NCBI GenBank assembly: GCA_964455085.1
Contig: CAYVYJ010000001.1
Location: forward strand, 84,475-140,027
Origin: an uncultured Planctomycetia bacterium
GTDB taxonomy: Bacteria; Omnitrophota; Gorgyraeia; Duberdicusellales; 4484-171
Direction of reading: 5' to 3'
DNA: 55,553 nucleotides
Of this stretch, positions 8,903 through 18,024 are shown one piece after another. The translations under genes were made by a program, and so were the position numbers. How positions within the stretch are numbered: position 1 is the first letter of the stretch; each line of letters begins with the position of its first letter. Under the pieces are notes generated by a model. That model saw only the letters and a list, made by a program, of their open reading frames with translations. It searched no databases and had not been told where the DNA came from.

Positions 8903-10075
8903 TTATTCCCCGACAAAAGGCTGACTCCAGATATTTATGAAACCTTCAGCCCAGGCCCGGTTAAACTTATCGCCTCTTCCGTAAGTAGCCAACTCCTCCC
9001 GATATAAAGAAAGAGGTGAACTCCTCTTGGCAATAATAATATTACCTTTATATAATTTAAGAGTAATCTTGCCGCTAACTCGCCTTTGGCTCTCAGCCAC
9101 AAAATTATCAAGAGATTTTTTCAAAGTACTAAACCAGAGGCCCTGATAGACTAACCGGGAATAGCTTAAGGCTGCTAGCTTCTTGAAGTATAAGGTTTCC
9201 CGGTCTAAGACTAAACTCTCCAGCTCCTGATGGGCAGTGTATAAAATCCAAGCTGCCGGAGCCTCGTAGACTTCCCGGGATTTTATGCCTACTACCCTAT
9301 CTTCTACTAAATCGCTACGGCCGATACAGTGCTTACCGCCGATTAGGTTTAACCGCTGGATTAAACTTACCAAGTCCAAACTTTTGTTATTTAATTTTAC
9401 CGGCTCCCCCTTCTTAAATTCAATAGTTAAATATTGAGGTTTACTCGGCGCCTTAGCTAAACTCTGGGTAAGAGTGAAGGCGTCCTCTTGCGGCTCATTA
9501 TTTAAATTCTCTAAAATTCCCGCTTCTATGGCTGCGCCCCAAATGTTCTTATCAATACTATAAATCTTCTTTTTAGTAGTTGATATCAAAATATTTTTTT
9601 TCTTAGCATAGGCAACTTCACTCTCCCGGGAAGTTAATTCCCACTCCCGCAGAGGGGCAATAACTTTCAATTTAGGATTTAGGGCTTTAACCGCTATCTC
9701 TAAACGTAGCTGATCATTACCCTTAGCAGTACACCCATGAGCAACGAAGGATGCCTTCTCCTTCTTAGCTGTAGCAACCAGATGTTTAGCGATTAAGGGT
9801 CGACCTAAAGCCGTACTAAGAAGATACTTACCTTGATAAAGAGCCCCGGCAGCTAATGCCGGCAAAATATATTCCCGGGCAAATTCTTTCTTTAAGTCTT
9901 TGATATAAACCCTGGAAGCTTTCGATTTAGTTACCTTCTGCCTTATTTGTTGCGGCGAAAACTCACTGCCTAAATCAGCCGAAAAGCAGACTACTTCAAA
10001 CCCCTTATCTTTAAGCCACTCCAGACAACAAGAGGTGTCTAAACCACCTGAATATGCTAAAACTACCCTTTTCAT
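8903..10075 (-). CDS. argG: Argininosuccinate synthase
   Basis: AYSGGLDTS ATP-pyrophosphatase motif and HGCTAKGNDQ; 390 aa. Confidence 0.95.
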   Translation of the reverse strand: MKRVVLAYSGGLDTSCCLEWLKDKGFEVVCFSADLGSEFSPQQIRQKVTKSKASRVYIKDLKKEFAREYILPALAAGALYQGKYLLSTALGRPLIAKHLVATAKKEKASFVAHGCTAKGNDQLRLEIAVKALNPKLKVIAPLREWELTSRESEVAYAKKKNILISTTKKKIYSIDKNIWGAAIEAGILENLNNEPQEDAFTLTQSLAKAPSKPQYLTIEFKKGEPVKLNNKSLDLVSLIQRLNLIGGKHCIGRSDLVEDRVVGIKSREVYEAPAAWILYTAHQELESLVLDRETLYFKKLAALSYSRLVYQGLWFSTLKKSLDNFVAESQRRVSGKITLKLYKGNIIIAKRSSPLSLYREELATYGRGDKFNRAWAEGFINIWSQPFVGE

Positions 10076-10088
10076 CTTTTACCTGCTC

Positions 10089-10111
10089 CCGGTTTAGGCT
10101 AAGCCTAAACC
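10089..10111. repeat. REP-like palindromic element (T-stem variant, loop CTAAG)
   Basis: cggtttaggct-a-agcctaaaccg is a perfect 11+1+11 palindrome. It lies 4 nt after the argF stop and 13 nt before the argG ATG. Confidence 0.85.
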
Positions 10112-10115
10112 GAAC

Positions 10116-11030
10116 TCATTTCTTTAACATGTAGGCAAGGATCGCTTTTGCTGCATGGAGACGATTTTCAGCCTGCTGAAAAACAACCGAATTCTTACCG
10201 TCAATAACTGAAGCTGTAATCTCCTCGCCCCGATGGGCCGGAAGACAATGCATTACAATAGCATCCCCTTTTGCCTCGTCTAAGATTTTATCATTTATTT
10301 GAAAGTTTTTAAAAGCTTTTTTTCGTATCTCTACTTCCTCTTCCTTCCCCATGGAGGTCCAAACATCAGTATATAAAACATCAGCATCAACAGCGGCAAT
10401 AAAAGCAGAATTAGTAAGGTTAATCTTGGCCCCAGAAATCTTACAATAGCTTTTTACCTCATCTAAGATACTCTTAGACGGCAGGTAACCCTTGGGAACA
10501 GCCAAATTTAGATTACCGCCGAGGATAGCAAAAGTATATATTAAGGAGTTGCAAACATTATTCCCGTCTCCGATATAAGCTACCTTTAACTTCTTTAGGT
10601 CACCTTTAAGCTCTCGAATAGTAAATATATCAGCTAAGGCTTGGGAAGGATGTAGAGCATCACTTAAGGCATTTATTGTGGGAACAGAAGATGCTTCAGC
10701 AAATTCCAAAATACTCTGGTGAGAGAATGTCCGCAAGACCACAACATCCAGATATACTGAGAGCGTCCGGGCAACATCAGATATTTCCTCCCGCTGGCCT
10801 AATTTTACCTCTTGTGGCGAGTAATAAATCGCTTTGGCCCCTAATTGCAAAGCCCCCATATAAAAGGAAGTTTTAGTCCGCAATGATGCTTTCTCAAACA
10901 GTAAACCTACTGACTTTCCCTGGAGCATACTTTTAGAGTAAGAGGGAGCTTTCTTCATTTGCAAAGAAAGATCTAACAGCTGATTGATTTCTTGAGAAGA
11001 AAAATATTTTAAAGAAACAAAATGACTCAT
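10116..11030 (-). CDS. argF: Ornithine carbamoyltransferase
   Basis: SLRTKTSF carbamoyl-phosphate motif, HPSQALAD and HCLPAHRGEE. Confidence 0.93.
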   Translation of the reverse strand: MSHFVSLKYFSSQEINQLLDLSLQMKKAPSYSKSMLQGKSVGLLFEKASLRTKTSFYMGALQLGAKAIYYSPQEVKLGQREEISDVARTLSVYLDVVVLRTFSHQSILEFAEASSVPTINALSDALHPSQALADIFTIRELKGDLKKLKVAYIGDGNNVCNSLIYTFAILGGNLNLAVPKGYLPSKSILDEVKSYCKISGAKINLTNSAFIAAVDADVLYTDVWTSMGKEEEVEIRKKAFKNFQINDKILDEAKGDAIVMHCLPAHRGEEITASVIDGKNSVVFQQAENRLHAAKAILAYMLKK

Positions 11031-11069
11031 CGCCTGCTTCCTTGCCTTTTCCTCTTACCTAAAAGCCCG

Positions 11070-12266
11070 CTAAGCTTTATTATTTACGCCCTCAAACACC
11101 GATTCTAAAATTTTTAACCCTTTATCTAGCTCGCCAGTCTTAACATTTAAAGCTGGCATAATCCGCAGAACCTTTTTATGGGTAGAGTTGATGATCAATT
11201 TCTTATCCAAGCACTTTAAAAATATAGGGTAAGAGTCAATTTTTAACTCTAAACCAACCATCAGTCCGATTCCCCTGACCTCTTTAATAAAGGAAAACTT
11301 CTTCTTAAGCGCTACGAGACGGCTCCTTAGATACTTTCCTTTAACTATGGCATTCTTAATCAGTGACTCTTGTTCAATAACCTTAAAAACTTCCCGGGAA
11401 ACCCTGCTTACCAGTGGGGAGCCGCCAAAAGTAGAGGCATGCATTCCCGGTTTGATTATATCGGCTATCGCTCTCTTTATTACTAAGGCTGATATGGGTA
11501 CCCCGGCGCCTAAACCTTTAGACAAAATCACTATATCGGGAATGAGTGCGTAATTCTGATAACAAAATAGTTTACCGGTCCGACCCATTCCAGTCTGGAC
11601 CTCATCAACGATAAACAATATCTTATGTTTTTGGCAAAAATTCTTTATTTTATTAATCTGTTCTCCACTGGCAATATTTACCCCTCCTTCCCCCTGGACT
11701 AATTCCAGGATAACTGCCACTGTCTTAGGAGTAACTTTCTTCTTAAAGCTTATGAAGTCATTAAACTTAGCTTCTTTAAAACCTGGCAAAAGAGGCCTGA
11801 AGAGAACTTTATGCTTCTTCTGAGCCGTAGCTGAAAGAGCACCGAAAGTCCTTCCGTGAAAGGAATTTTTCATCACAATCATCTCATAGCGCTTCCCCTT
11901 GCCAAAGAGACGGCTAAACTTAATCGCCCCTTCTACAGCCTCAGCTCCGGAATTAGCAAAAAAAACTTTAGCCGGAAAACTCCGCCTAACAATTTCCTTA
12001 GCCAATAACACCTGTTCTTTAAAATAAAGGTTGTTGGGGAGATGAATCAGCTGCCGGGTTTGTTGGTTTATAGCAGCAGTAATTTTGGGATGAGCATGGC
12101 CTAAGATAGAAACCCCCCAGCCAGGAAATAGATCTAAATAAACCTTCCCCTGATCATCCCAGAGCCAACTCCCTTTACCCTTAACAAATACCGGACCACA
12201 ACGGGTATAGGTATTTAAGCTATAATCTTTAAATGCCTTCTTAATGCCTGCTGCTTTATCTTTCAC
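11070..12266 (-). CDS. argD: Acetylornithine aminotransferase (class III)
   Basis: Motifs DEVQTGMGRTGK, LSKGLGAG (PLP Lys) and FANSGAEA, within the arg operon. Confidence 0.9.
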   Translation of the reverse strand: MKDKAAGIKKAFKDYSLNTYTRCGPVFVKGKGSWLWDDQGKVYLDLFPGWGVSILGHAHPKITAAINQQTRQLIHLPNNLYFKEQVLLAKEIVRRSFPAKVFFANSGAEAVEGAIKFSRLFGKGKRYEMIVMKNSFHGRTFGALSATAQKKHKVLFRPLLPGFKEAKFNDFISFKKKVTPKTVAVILELVQGEGGVNIASGEQINKIKNFCQKHKILFIVDEVQTGMGRTGKLFCYQNYALIPDIVILSKGLGAGVPISALVIKRAIADIIKPGMHASTFGGSPLVSRVSREVFKVIEQESLIKNAIVKGKYLRSRLVALKKKFSFIKEVRGIGLMVGLELKIDSYPIFLKCLDKKLIINSTHKKVLRIMPALNVKTGELDKGLKILESVFEGVNNKA

Positions 12267-12269
12267 TTT

Positions 12270-13124
12270 CTATCCTTTTATAATCTCGGTGCCAATACCC
12301 TTATCAGTAAATATTTCTAAAAGAAGGGCATGGGGTATTTTCGCATCTACAATATGGGCTTTGTTTGTACCTGCGCTGATTGCCGCAGCTGCTGCCCTTA
12401 CTTTGGGAACCATACCTTCATCAATAGCCTCCTCTTCAATCAATTCTTCAATCTCCTCAGCCGTCATCGTAGAAATTAAAGAATCTCTATCTTTGGGATC
12501 TCTCATTACTCCCAAGACATTAGTGAGAAGAACTAACTTTTCAGCCTTAAGTTGGGAAGCCAGAAAGAAAGCAACTTCATCAGCATTAATATTGTAAGTA
12601 AGCCCTTCAGTTGAGAGACCCATGGGGCAAATTACCGGAATACGTTCTTTTAAAACCTTCTCTAACTTTTGACGGTTAAAATCAACTACTTTACCGACAA
12701 AACCCAAGTCAATCTTGCTCTTTTTCTTAACTACTTTTAAGAATCCGCTCTTGGCTTTAAAACCTTGAGCCTTGACTCCCTGGTTATTAACCTCTTTAGT
12801 AACCATCCTATTTAACTTATCCAGTTCATCTTCTACTACCGCAAGAGTATCCTTGTTAGTAACCCGCATGCCCCCTACGAACTTAGTTACAATTTTACGT
12901 CCTTTTAGCTCTTCGCTAATATTCGGCCCGCCGCCATGGACAATAATCGGCTTTATACCGGCAAATTTTAAAAAAGCAATATCTTCCAGAACACACCTGC
13001 GAACTCTCTCCTCACCTAAGATAGAACCGCCATACTTAATAACAAATATCTTTTTATGAAACTTCTTTATATAAGGAAGAGCCTCTATTAAAATATCGGC
13101 TTTTTTTATCGCATCCTGTACCAC
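12270..13124 (-). CDS. argB: Acetylglutamate kinase
   Basis: Motifs VIKYGGS and VHGGGP. GTG start at 13124, preceded by GGAGG. Confidence 0.93.
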   Translation of the reverse strand: MVQDAIKKADILIEALPYIKKFHKKIFVIKYGGSILGEERVRRCVLEDIAFLKFAGIKPIIVHGGGPNISEELKGRKIVTKFVGGMRVTNKDTLAVVEDELDKLNRMVTKEVNNQGVKAQGFKAKSGFLKVVKKKSKIDLGFVGKVVDFNRQKLEKVLKERIPVICPMGLSTEGLTYNINADEVAFFLASQLKAEKLVLLTNVLGVMRDPKDRDSLISTMTAEEIEELIEEEAIDEGMVPKVRAAAAAISAGTNKAHIVDAKIPHALLLEIFTDKGIGTEIIKG

Positions 13125-13189
13125 TTTTCCTCCAATGACGACATCCGCCTCAGACGGATATGTGGGAATTGTCCCGACAGAGTCAGGGA

Positions 13190-14272
13190 CTAGTTATATT
13201 CAGCATTAATCTTAACATATTCCGGGCTCAAATCACAGGTATAAATTTTCCCCTTAGCTTTACCCCGTTTTAAATCAATAGTTATCTTTATCTCTTTCCG
13301 TTTTAGCGAAGTAGTTTTAATCACAATATTCTCGCTGACCTTGATGCCTACCTGGCCCAAACTTGAAATAATCCTTCCCCAGTTAGCGTTAGCTCCATAG
13401 ATAGCTGTTTTAAAAAGGTTAGAGTTAGCTAAAGACATACCGGCAGATTTGGCCTCAGTAAGGCTTTTAGCTCCGATTATCTCGATTTGAATAAACTTAC
13501 TAGCCCCTTCACCATCCTTAACAATCATCTTAGCTAAGTTTAAACAAACTGATTTTAATTGTTGGGAAAATGCTTTAATCTCTCCTTTGCTTTTAATCGG
13601 AATCTTCCTGCTAGTTGCAACTAATACCGTATCATTGGTACTCATACATCCATCGACACTTATCGAGTTAAAGCTTACATCTACTGCTTCTTTAACAATT
13701 TTTTTAAGCTCCCCCTTAGGTATATCAGCATCAGTAAGGATAAATCCTAACATCGTAGCCATATTGGGGTAAATCATTCCGGCTCCTTTAGCCAGACCGA
13801 TTATGGTAGCTGCTCCCACCTTTGCTCTTGATACCTTGGTAAAAGTATCAGTGGTAAGAATACTGTGAGCAAAATCATTCACAGACTTACCTAATTTTTT
13901 CTCAAGCTTTGAGAAACCCTTGATCACTTTAGTTTTGGGTAGTTTTTTGCCAATAATACCGGTAGAGGCAATAAGTATATTATCCCTTTTAACTCCCAAT
14001 TTTTTAGCTAACTTTGAAGCAACCTCCCTGGTATCGGCTAAACCTTCACGATGGGAATAACAATTAGCATTACCGCTATTTACCAAAATTGCTTTTATCG
14101 GTTTATTAATATTCTCCTTACAAAAGGTAACTGAATATGCAGGGTTAGCATTAACTGTAAAGATACCAACGACCCCACAAAGCTCTTGTGCGTAGATTAA
14201 ACCTAAGTCTAACCTTTTCCTCTTTATCCCGCAATGGACTCCCGAAACTAAAAATCCTTTTGGCAGCTTCAT
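13190..14272 (-). CDS. argJ: Bifunctional ornithine acetyltransferase / N-acetylglutamate synthase
   Basis: Autoprocessing site PNMATMLGF, plus DGEGAS and NANWGRI. It is a compact 360-aa version. Confidence 0.9.
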   Translation of the reverse strand: MKLPKGFLVSGVHCGIKRKRLDLGLIYAQELCGVVGIFTVNANPAYSVTFCKENINKPIKAILVNSGNANCYSHREGLADTREVASKLAKKLGVKRDNILIASTGIIGKKLPKTKVIKGFSKLEKKLGKSVNDFAHSILTTDTFTKVSRAKVGAATIIGLAKGAGMIYPNMATMLGFILTDADIPKGELKKIVKEAVDVSFNSISVDGCMSTNDTVLVATSRKIPIKSKGEIKAFSQQLKSVCLNLAKMIVKDGEGASKFIQIEIIGAKSLTEAKSAGMSLANSNLFKTAIYGANANWGRIISSLGQVGIKVSENIVIKTTSLKRKEIKITIDLKRGKAKGKIYTCDLSPEYVKINAEYN

Positions 14273-15279
14273 AATAACCCCGCACTCTCATCCCAGCCCA
14301 GCATTATGTTCATATTCTGCACTGCAGACCCGGCAGCACCTTTAATCAGATTGTCAATACAAGAGATAACTATCCCGGTTTTACCCTGCGAATCTAAAGC
14401 AAACCCAATATCGCAAAAATTTGTTCCCACCACCTCTTTTAATTTGGGCAGATCTTGTTTAATCCGCATAAAGGGACAGTCCCGGTAATACTTCTGATAA
14501 ACAGCCGTAATTTGCTTCCGGGTAAGTTTGCGGCTAAAATTAAGGTAAATCGTGGAATATATTCCAGCTTTCATCCCGGCAACATGGGGAAGAAAACAAA
14601 AATTTAAATCTTTCCCGGTTGCCTGGCTAAGTACACTAAGTATTTCCGGTGTATGCTGATGTTCAAAAGGCTTATAAGCCCAAAAGTTATTGGGAATATC
14701 CCTATTTTGATATTTTAAAGCGGTCTTGCGACCAGCCCCGCTGATTGCTGACTTAGCATCAATTATTACCTTCTCCTTAATCAACCCCTCCTTGAGCAGA
14801 GGAAAAAGAGCCAGAATAATTGAAGTGGGGTAACAACCCGGGTTAGCAACTAGATTGCTTTTGGCAATTTTAGCCTTATAAATTTCAGCTAATCCATAAA
14901 CCGCCTTGTTTAAATTGTTCTTATCCTTATGAGCCAGATTATAGTACTTCTGGTACAAACTAGTATCTTTAAGCCGATAATCAGCTGAGAGATCAATTAC
15001 CTTCCTGCCGGCTGAAAGCAAACTGGGAACAAACTCCATCGAGACCGTATGCGGCAAGGATAAAAAGAAAAAATCACTCCTGTTAAGCCCCTTTTCAAGG
15101 TCAAGCGGCTCACAATTTAACTTAGTCTTTCCCTTAAAATGAGGAAATAAGCTTGTGTAAGCAAGTGCTTTGGCTGTGGACGAAGCCAAATAAGTAACTT
15201 CTACTTGCCGATGACCCAGCAGGATTTCTACTAATTTTTCTCCGGTAAATCCGGTTGCCCCTAATACTGCTACTCGCAT
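14269..15279 (-). CDS. argC: N-acetyl-gamma-glutamyl-phosphate reductase
   Basis: N-terminal GATGFTG and the catalytic Cys in ANPGCYPTS. Confidence 0.93.
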   Translation of the reverse strand: MRVAVLGATGFTGEKLVEILLGHRQVEVTYLASSTAKALAYTSLFPHFKGKTKLNCEPLDLEKGLNRSDFFFLSLPHTVSMEFVPSLLSAGRKVIDLSADYRLKDTSLYQKYYNLAHKDKNNLNKAVYGLAEIYKAKIAKSNLVANPGCYPTSIILALFPLLKEGLIKEKVIIDAKSAISGAGRKTALKYQNRDIPNNFWAYKPFEHQHTPEILSVLSQATGKDLNFCFLPHVAGMKAGIYSTIYLNFSRKLTRKQITAVYQKYYRDCPFMRIKQDLPKLKEVVGTNFCDIGFALDSQGKTGIVISCIDNLIKGAAGSAVQNMNIMLGWDESAGLL

Positions 15280-15321
15280 TTTCCTAACCCCTATAATAAA
15301 CTAGCTAATAAACGTAGCCTT

Positions 15322-15350
15322 ATCATAAACTAAAATGGGTTTTCAGTCAA
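15322..15350 (-). promoter_or_regulatory. Candidate promoter of the arg operon (TTGACT-N17-TATGAT)
   Basis: The minus strand reads TTGACT gaaaacccattttagtt TATGAT, about 42 nt upstream of the argC ATG, in the 143-nt gap before argC. Confidence 0.5.
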
Positions 15351-15422
15351 TATATTTAGAATTAGGCCTTATCCTGCTCAGCCGTAAGCAGCTATTTTAA
15401 GATAACCTGTCTCTAGCGCGGC

Positions 15423-15809
15423 TTATCTGCTCGAGAGTGAGGAATCTAAAGGCATAAGCTCCAAAACATCCCCAATTTCCAAACCCTTCTGGGATATTTT
15501 ATCTGGTGGCAGTTCAATGGCTAGATAAGCAGAAGAACAAAAGACTACTCGATTCGGTTCTAAAGTCCTATAAATCTTTATTACTTGCATTTTTTTATCT
15601 AAGAATACCAAATCCAGAGGAAAACGCATAAAAAAAGTATGGATTGAAGGGGCGTGATAAAGAATCAGGGCTTCTTGGCTACTGATTACTTTCCTAAACA
15701 TAAGGCCCTTAAGCCGTAAGAGGAAATTATCAGCTACTTGGGCCTGCAAGGCTAAACAATTACCCTTGCTTTTATTAATAAGATTGTAAATTACTCTTTT
15801 CTTAAACAT
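15423..15809 (-). CDS. DUF192 (COG1430) domain protein
   Basis: 128 aa; the LKGLMFR ... M.FPLDLVFLD pattern is characteristic of DUF192. Confidence 0.7.
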   Translation of the reverse strand: MFKKRVIYNLINKSKGNCLALQAQVADNFLLRLKGLMFRKVISSQEALILYHAPSIHTFFMRFPLDLVFLDKKMQVIKIYRTLEPNRVVFCSSAYLAIELPPDKISQKGLEIGDVLELMPLDSSLSSR

Positions 15810-16180
15810 CGTATTGCTTCCTCAGGAATAACCTGAGGCTTAAACTCACTATTGATGCAGACTAATTGAGTCTTTGCTTTAACTAAAACTCTATCAGCCC
15901 TATTGATGTTTTGGGCAAACTCTAAAGAAGCATTTTTAATCTTACTTATTTCAGTATAAATAGCCAGGGTATCAGCGTAGTAAGCCGGAGCTTTATAATC
16001 AACTTCCACTCTTCTTACCGCAAAAAGGATACCTTGCTCAGATAATTTATTAATTAAGACTCCTTTCTGGTTGAAGAATTCGGTCCTGGCTTCTTCCAGA
16101 TACTTAAGGTAATTAGCATAATAAACTATCCCGCCAGCATCAGTATCATGGTAATATATTTTTTTTCGCACCCCTCTCAC
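15791..16180 (-). CDS. YbgC/4HBT-family acyl-CoA thioesterase
   Basis: The hot-dog fold N-terminus YHDTDAGGIVYYANYLKYLEEAR. The ORF-track start is a GTG that overlaps the upstream gene by 35 nt, so the exact start is uncertain. Confidence 0.8.
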   Translation of the reverse strand: MRGVRKKIYYHDTDAGGIVYYANYLKYLEEARTEFFNQKGVLINKLSEQGILFAVRRVEVDYKAPAYYADTLAIYTEISKIKNASLEFAQNINRADRVLVKAKTQLVCINSEFKPQVIPEEAIRCLRKE

Positions 16181-16826
16181 CTTTTTTTAAATTATACCAC
16201 TCTTTCATATCCGAGGCTAAATCTATTTCTAAAGTAACCTTTTTTCTGCTAACCGGATGAATAAACCTTAAGTAAAAAGCATGGAGGGCTAAGCGATGAA
16301 ACTTAACTTTAAAATCGCGGCGGAAAGCATACTTACTCTCTCCTAATATAGGATGATTAACTTCTGCTGCCTGTATCCGTAATTGATTGGTTCGGCCAGT
16401 TATGGGAATCAACTCTATCAGGCTCCATCCAGCAAAATCCTTTAAGCCTCTGTAGATTGTCTTTGCCACCTGCGCCCTCTCACCGAATATCTTACCTTCT
16501 CTGTCAATAATCTTACCTTCCCAGATTCCTTTTCTCTTGCCTAAATTTCCTTTGATAAAGGCAATATATTTTTTCTTAACTTCACGGCGCCTAAACTGCT
16601 CCATGATTTTTTGCTGGCCCCTAAGACTCTTAGCATAAATTATCAAACCGGAAGTCTCCCGGTCTAGGCGATGACAGGGGAAGACCTTCTGGCTTAACTC
16701 TTTCTGCAAAATTGAAGTTAAAGTAGTTTTTTCGCCTTTAGGTGAAGGCTGAATTAAAACTTTGGCAATCTTATTCACTACAATTAAATGCTGATCATTA
16801 AATACAATTCTAAACGCTTCTTTCAT
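16146..16826 (-). CDS. RluA-family pseudouridine synthase (no S4 domain)
   Basis: Catalytic motif HRLDRETSGLIIYAK, plus the TGRTNQLR motif. Confidence 0.85.
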   Translation of the reverse strand: MKEAFRIVFNDQHLIVVNKIAKVLIQPSPKGEKTTLTSILQKELSQKVFPCHRLDRETSGLIIYAKSLRGQQKIMEQFRRREVKKKYIAFIKGNLGKRKGIWEGKIIDREGKIFGERAQVAKTIYRGLKDFAGWSLIELIPITGRTNQLRIQAAEVNHPILGESKYAFRRDFKVKFHRLALHAFYLRFIHPVSRKKVTLEIDLASDMKEWYNLKKGERGAKKNILP

Positions 16827-16832
16827 AAAAGT

Positions 16833-17168
16833 TTAAATTATCAACAAGCAGCCTAAAATGCTCCCGCAAAGATTGGCTAATATATCCCCGGCCTCAAAGC
16901 TGCGATAAGGAACAAAGCACTGGCCTATTTCAATAAGCAAGCCTAGCGAGAAGGCAAACAATAAGCTACGTAGCCTCGGTTGGTCTGTCTTTTTGATTGA
17001 AAAGGTATTTACCACTAAAAAGGCAAGCAATAAATAGGCTAGACCGTGGGTTATCTTATCTTGCAAGAAGAATTCTGACTTGGCAGAGATTTTAATCGGA
17101 AGCAGAGATACAATAATGATAACAAAGGAGTAAATATAATTAGTATACCAGGAAAAAAGATAACGCAT
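16833..17168 (-). CDS. VanZ-like membrane protein
   Basis: 111 aa with 3-4 TM segments and a DKxxHxxxY-like motif (DKITHGLAY), followed by a late E..Q motif. Confidence 0.65.
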   Translation of the reverse strand: MRYLFSWYTNYIYSFVIIIVSLLPIKISAKSEFFLQDKITHGLAYLLLAFLVVNTFSIKKTDQPRLRSLLFAFSLGLLIEIGQCFVPYRSFEAGDILANLCGSILGCLLII

Positions 17169-17201
17169 AAACCCGGGGATAATCTTAGCTTAAGGTTGGA
17201 C

Positions 17202-17561
17202 TTACATCTGCCACCACTTCTGAGTTAGCTCTTGCCGATGATACTTAAAAATATAATTGTAAATATCTTCCTTGTGGCTATCGGAAATATATTCAAAACG
17301 GATTCCTACTTCTCTTCTGTCAAGAAAGTCTTTCTGCCAGACTACTTCACCGGAAAAATCTAAAGTCTTATTGTCGGGCAAAATAAGCTGGAATTTAGTT
17401 AAATCTTCCCCTGAAAAGTGCAGAGACTTATCCAGAACAACTTTTAAGCCGTTCATACTTATATTCTTAACCGTAGCTTTAATTTCTGAAGGAATCTCGT
17501 TTTGGTTAAACCCAAAAGGGAAAGAAACTCGAAATCTCATAAATTCTCTCTTCTCATTCAT
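17202..17561 (-). CDS. Single-domain PilZ protein (predicted c-di-GMP receptor)
   Basis: Canonical RxxxR (REFMR) and [D/N]xSxxG (NISMNG) motifs. A strong SD (GAGGAGAAGAGG) lies upstream. Confidence 0.8.
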   Translation of the reverse strand: MNEKREFMRFRVSFPFGFNQNEIPSEIKATVKNISMNGLKVVLDKSLHFSGEDLTKFQLILPDNKTLDFSGEVVWQKDFLDRREVGIRFEYISDSHKEDIYNYIFKYHRQELTQKWWQM

Positions 17562-17583
17562 GGCTACCTCTTCTCCTCTTCTT

Positions 17584-17964
17584 CTAAATCTCTTTTTTTA
17601 ATACTTCCTTTATCCTAGCTTCCAAGACTTCTATTTGAACCGGCTTAATAATGTAGTCTTCGTCATAGAGCCCAGCAGCTCTTATTTTTGACTCTACATC
17701 GCCTTTGGCAGTAAGCATTATTACTGGTATGGCCAGAGTCTTTTTAGACTCTTTAATCTTTTTTAAAACTTCAAAACCATCCATCTTAGGCATCATAATA
17801 TCCAAAAGTATCAAATCTACCTGCTGGTTAGAGGCTATAGTTAGCCCTTCTTTACCGCTAGTAGCTATAAGTATCTCATAGTCGCCGGCTAACTCTAAAT
17901 TTGCCTTTACAAAAAAGGCTAAATCCTCTTCATCATCAATAATTAATATCTTTTTCTTTGCCAT
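17584..17964 (-). CDS. Receiver-only response regulator (CheY-like)
   Basis: ILIIDDEED, the phospho-acceptor D in LLDIMMP, and the LTAKGD motif. I set the start at the ATG at 17964 (AGAGGG 6 nt upstream) rather than the ORF-track 17991. Confidence 0.9.
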   Translation of the reverse strand: MAKKKILIIDDEEDLAFFVKANLELAGDYEILIATSGKEGLTIASNQQVDLILLDIMMPKMDGFEVLKKIKESKKTLAIPVIMLTAKGDVESKIRAAGLYDEDYIIKPVQIEVLEARIKEVLKKEI

Positions 17965-18024
17965 TTTCAGCCCTCTTTTTGATAATACCACCGGCCGCTA
18001 AGATGTCAAGAAAAGGGTTTTTAC

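Noticed and set aside
13142-13190. Small hairpins in the argJ-argB spacer (13142-13162 and 13171-13190) and the radA-PIN/TRAM spacer (36491-36508 and 36527-36543). I also noted the shared 8-mer gagacgtt at 36484 and 37921.
   Set aside because: The stems are only 5-7 bp, they differ from one another apart from a TCCCGAC flavour, and none has a U-tract. A shared 8-mer between short spacers is within chance. I treat them as generic intercistronic structure.
15328-15362. An ArgR/AhrC ARG box overlapping the candidate arg promoter (AATTCTAAATATATTGAC).
   Set aside because: It matches the TGAAT-N4-ATTCA consensus poorly on one half, with several mismatches. Similar AT-rich strings are common here, and no argR gene is in the window.
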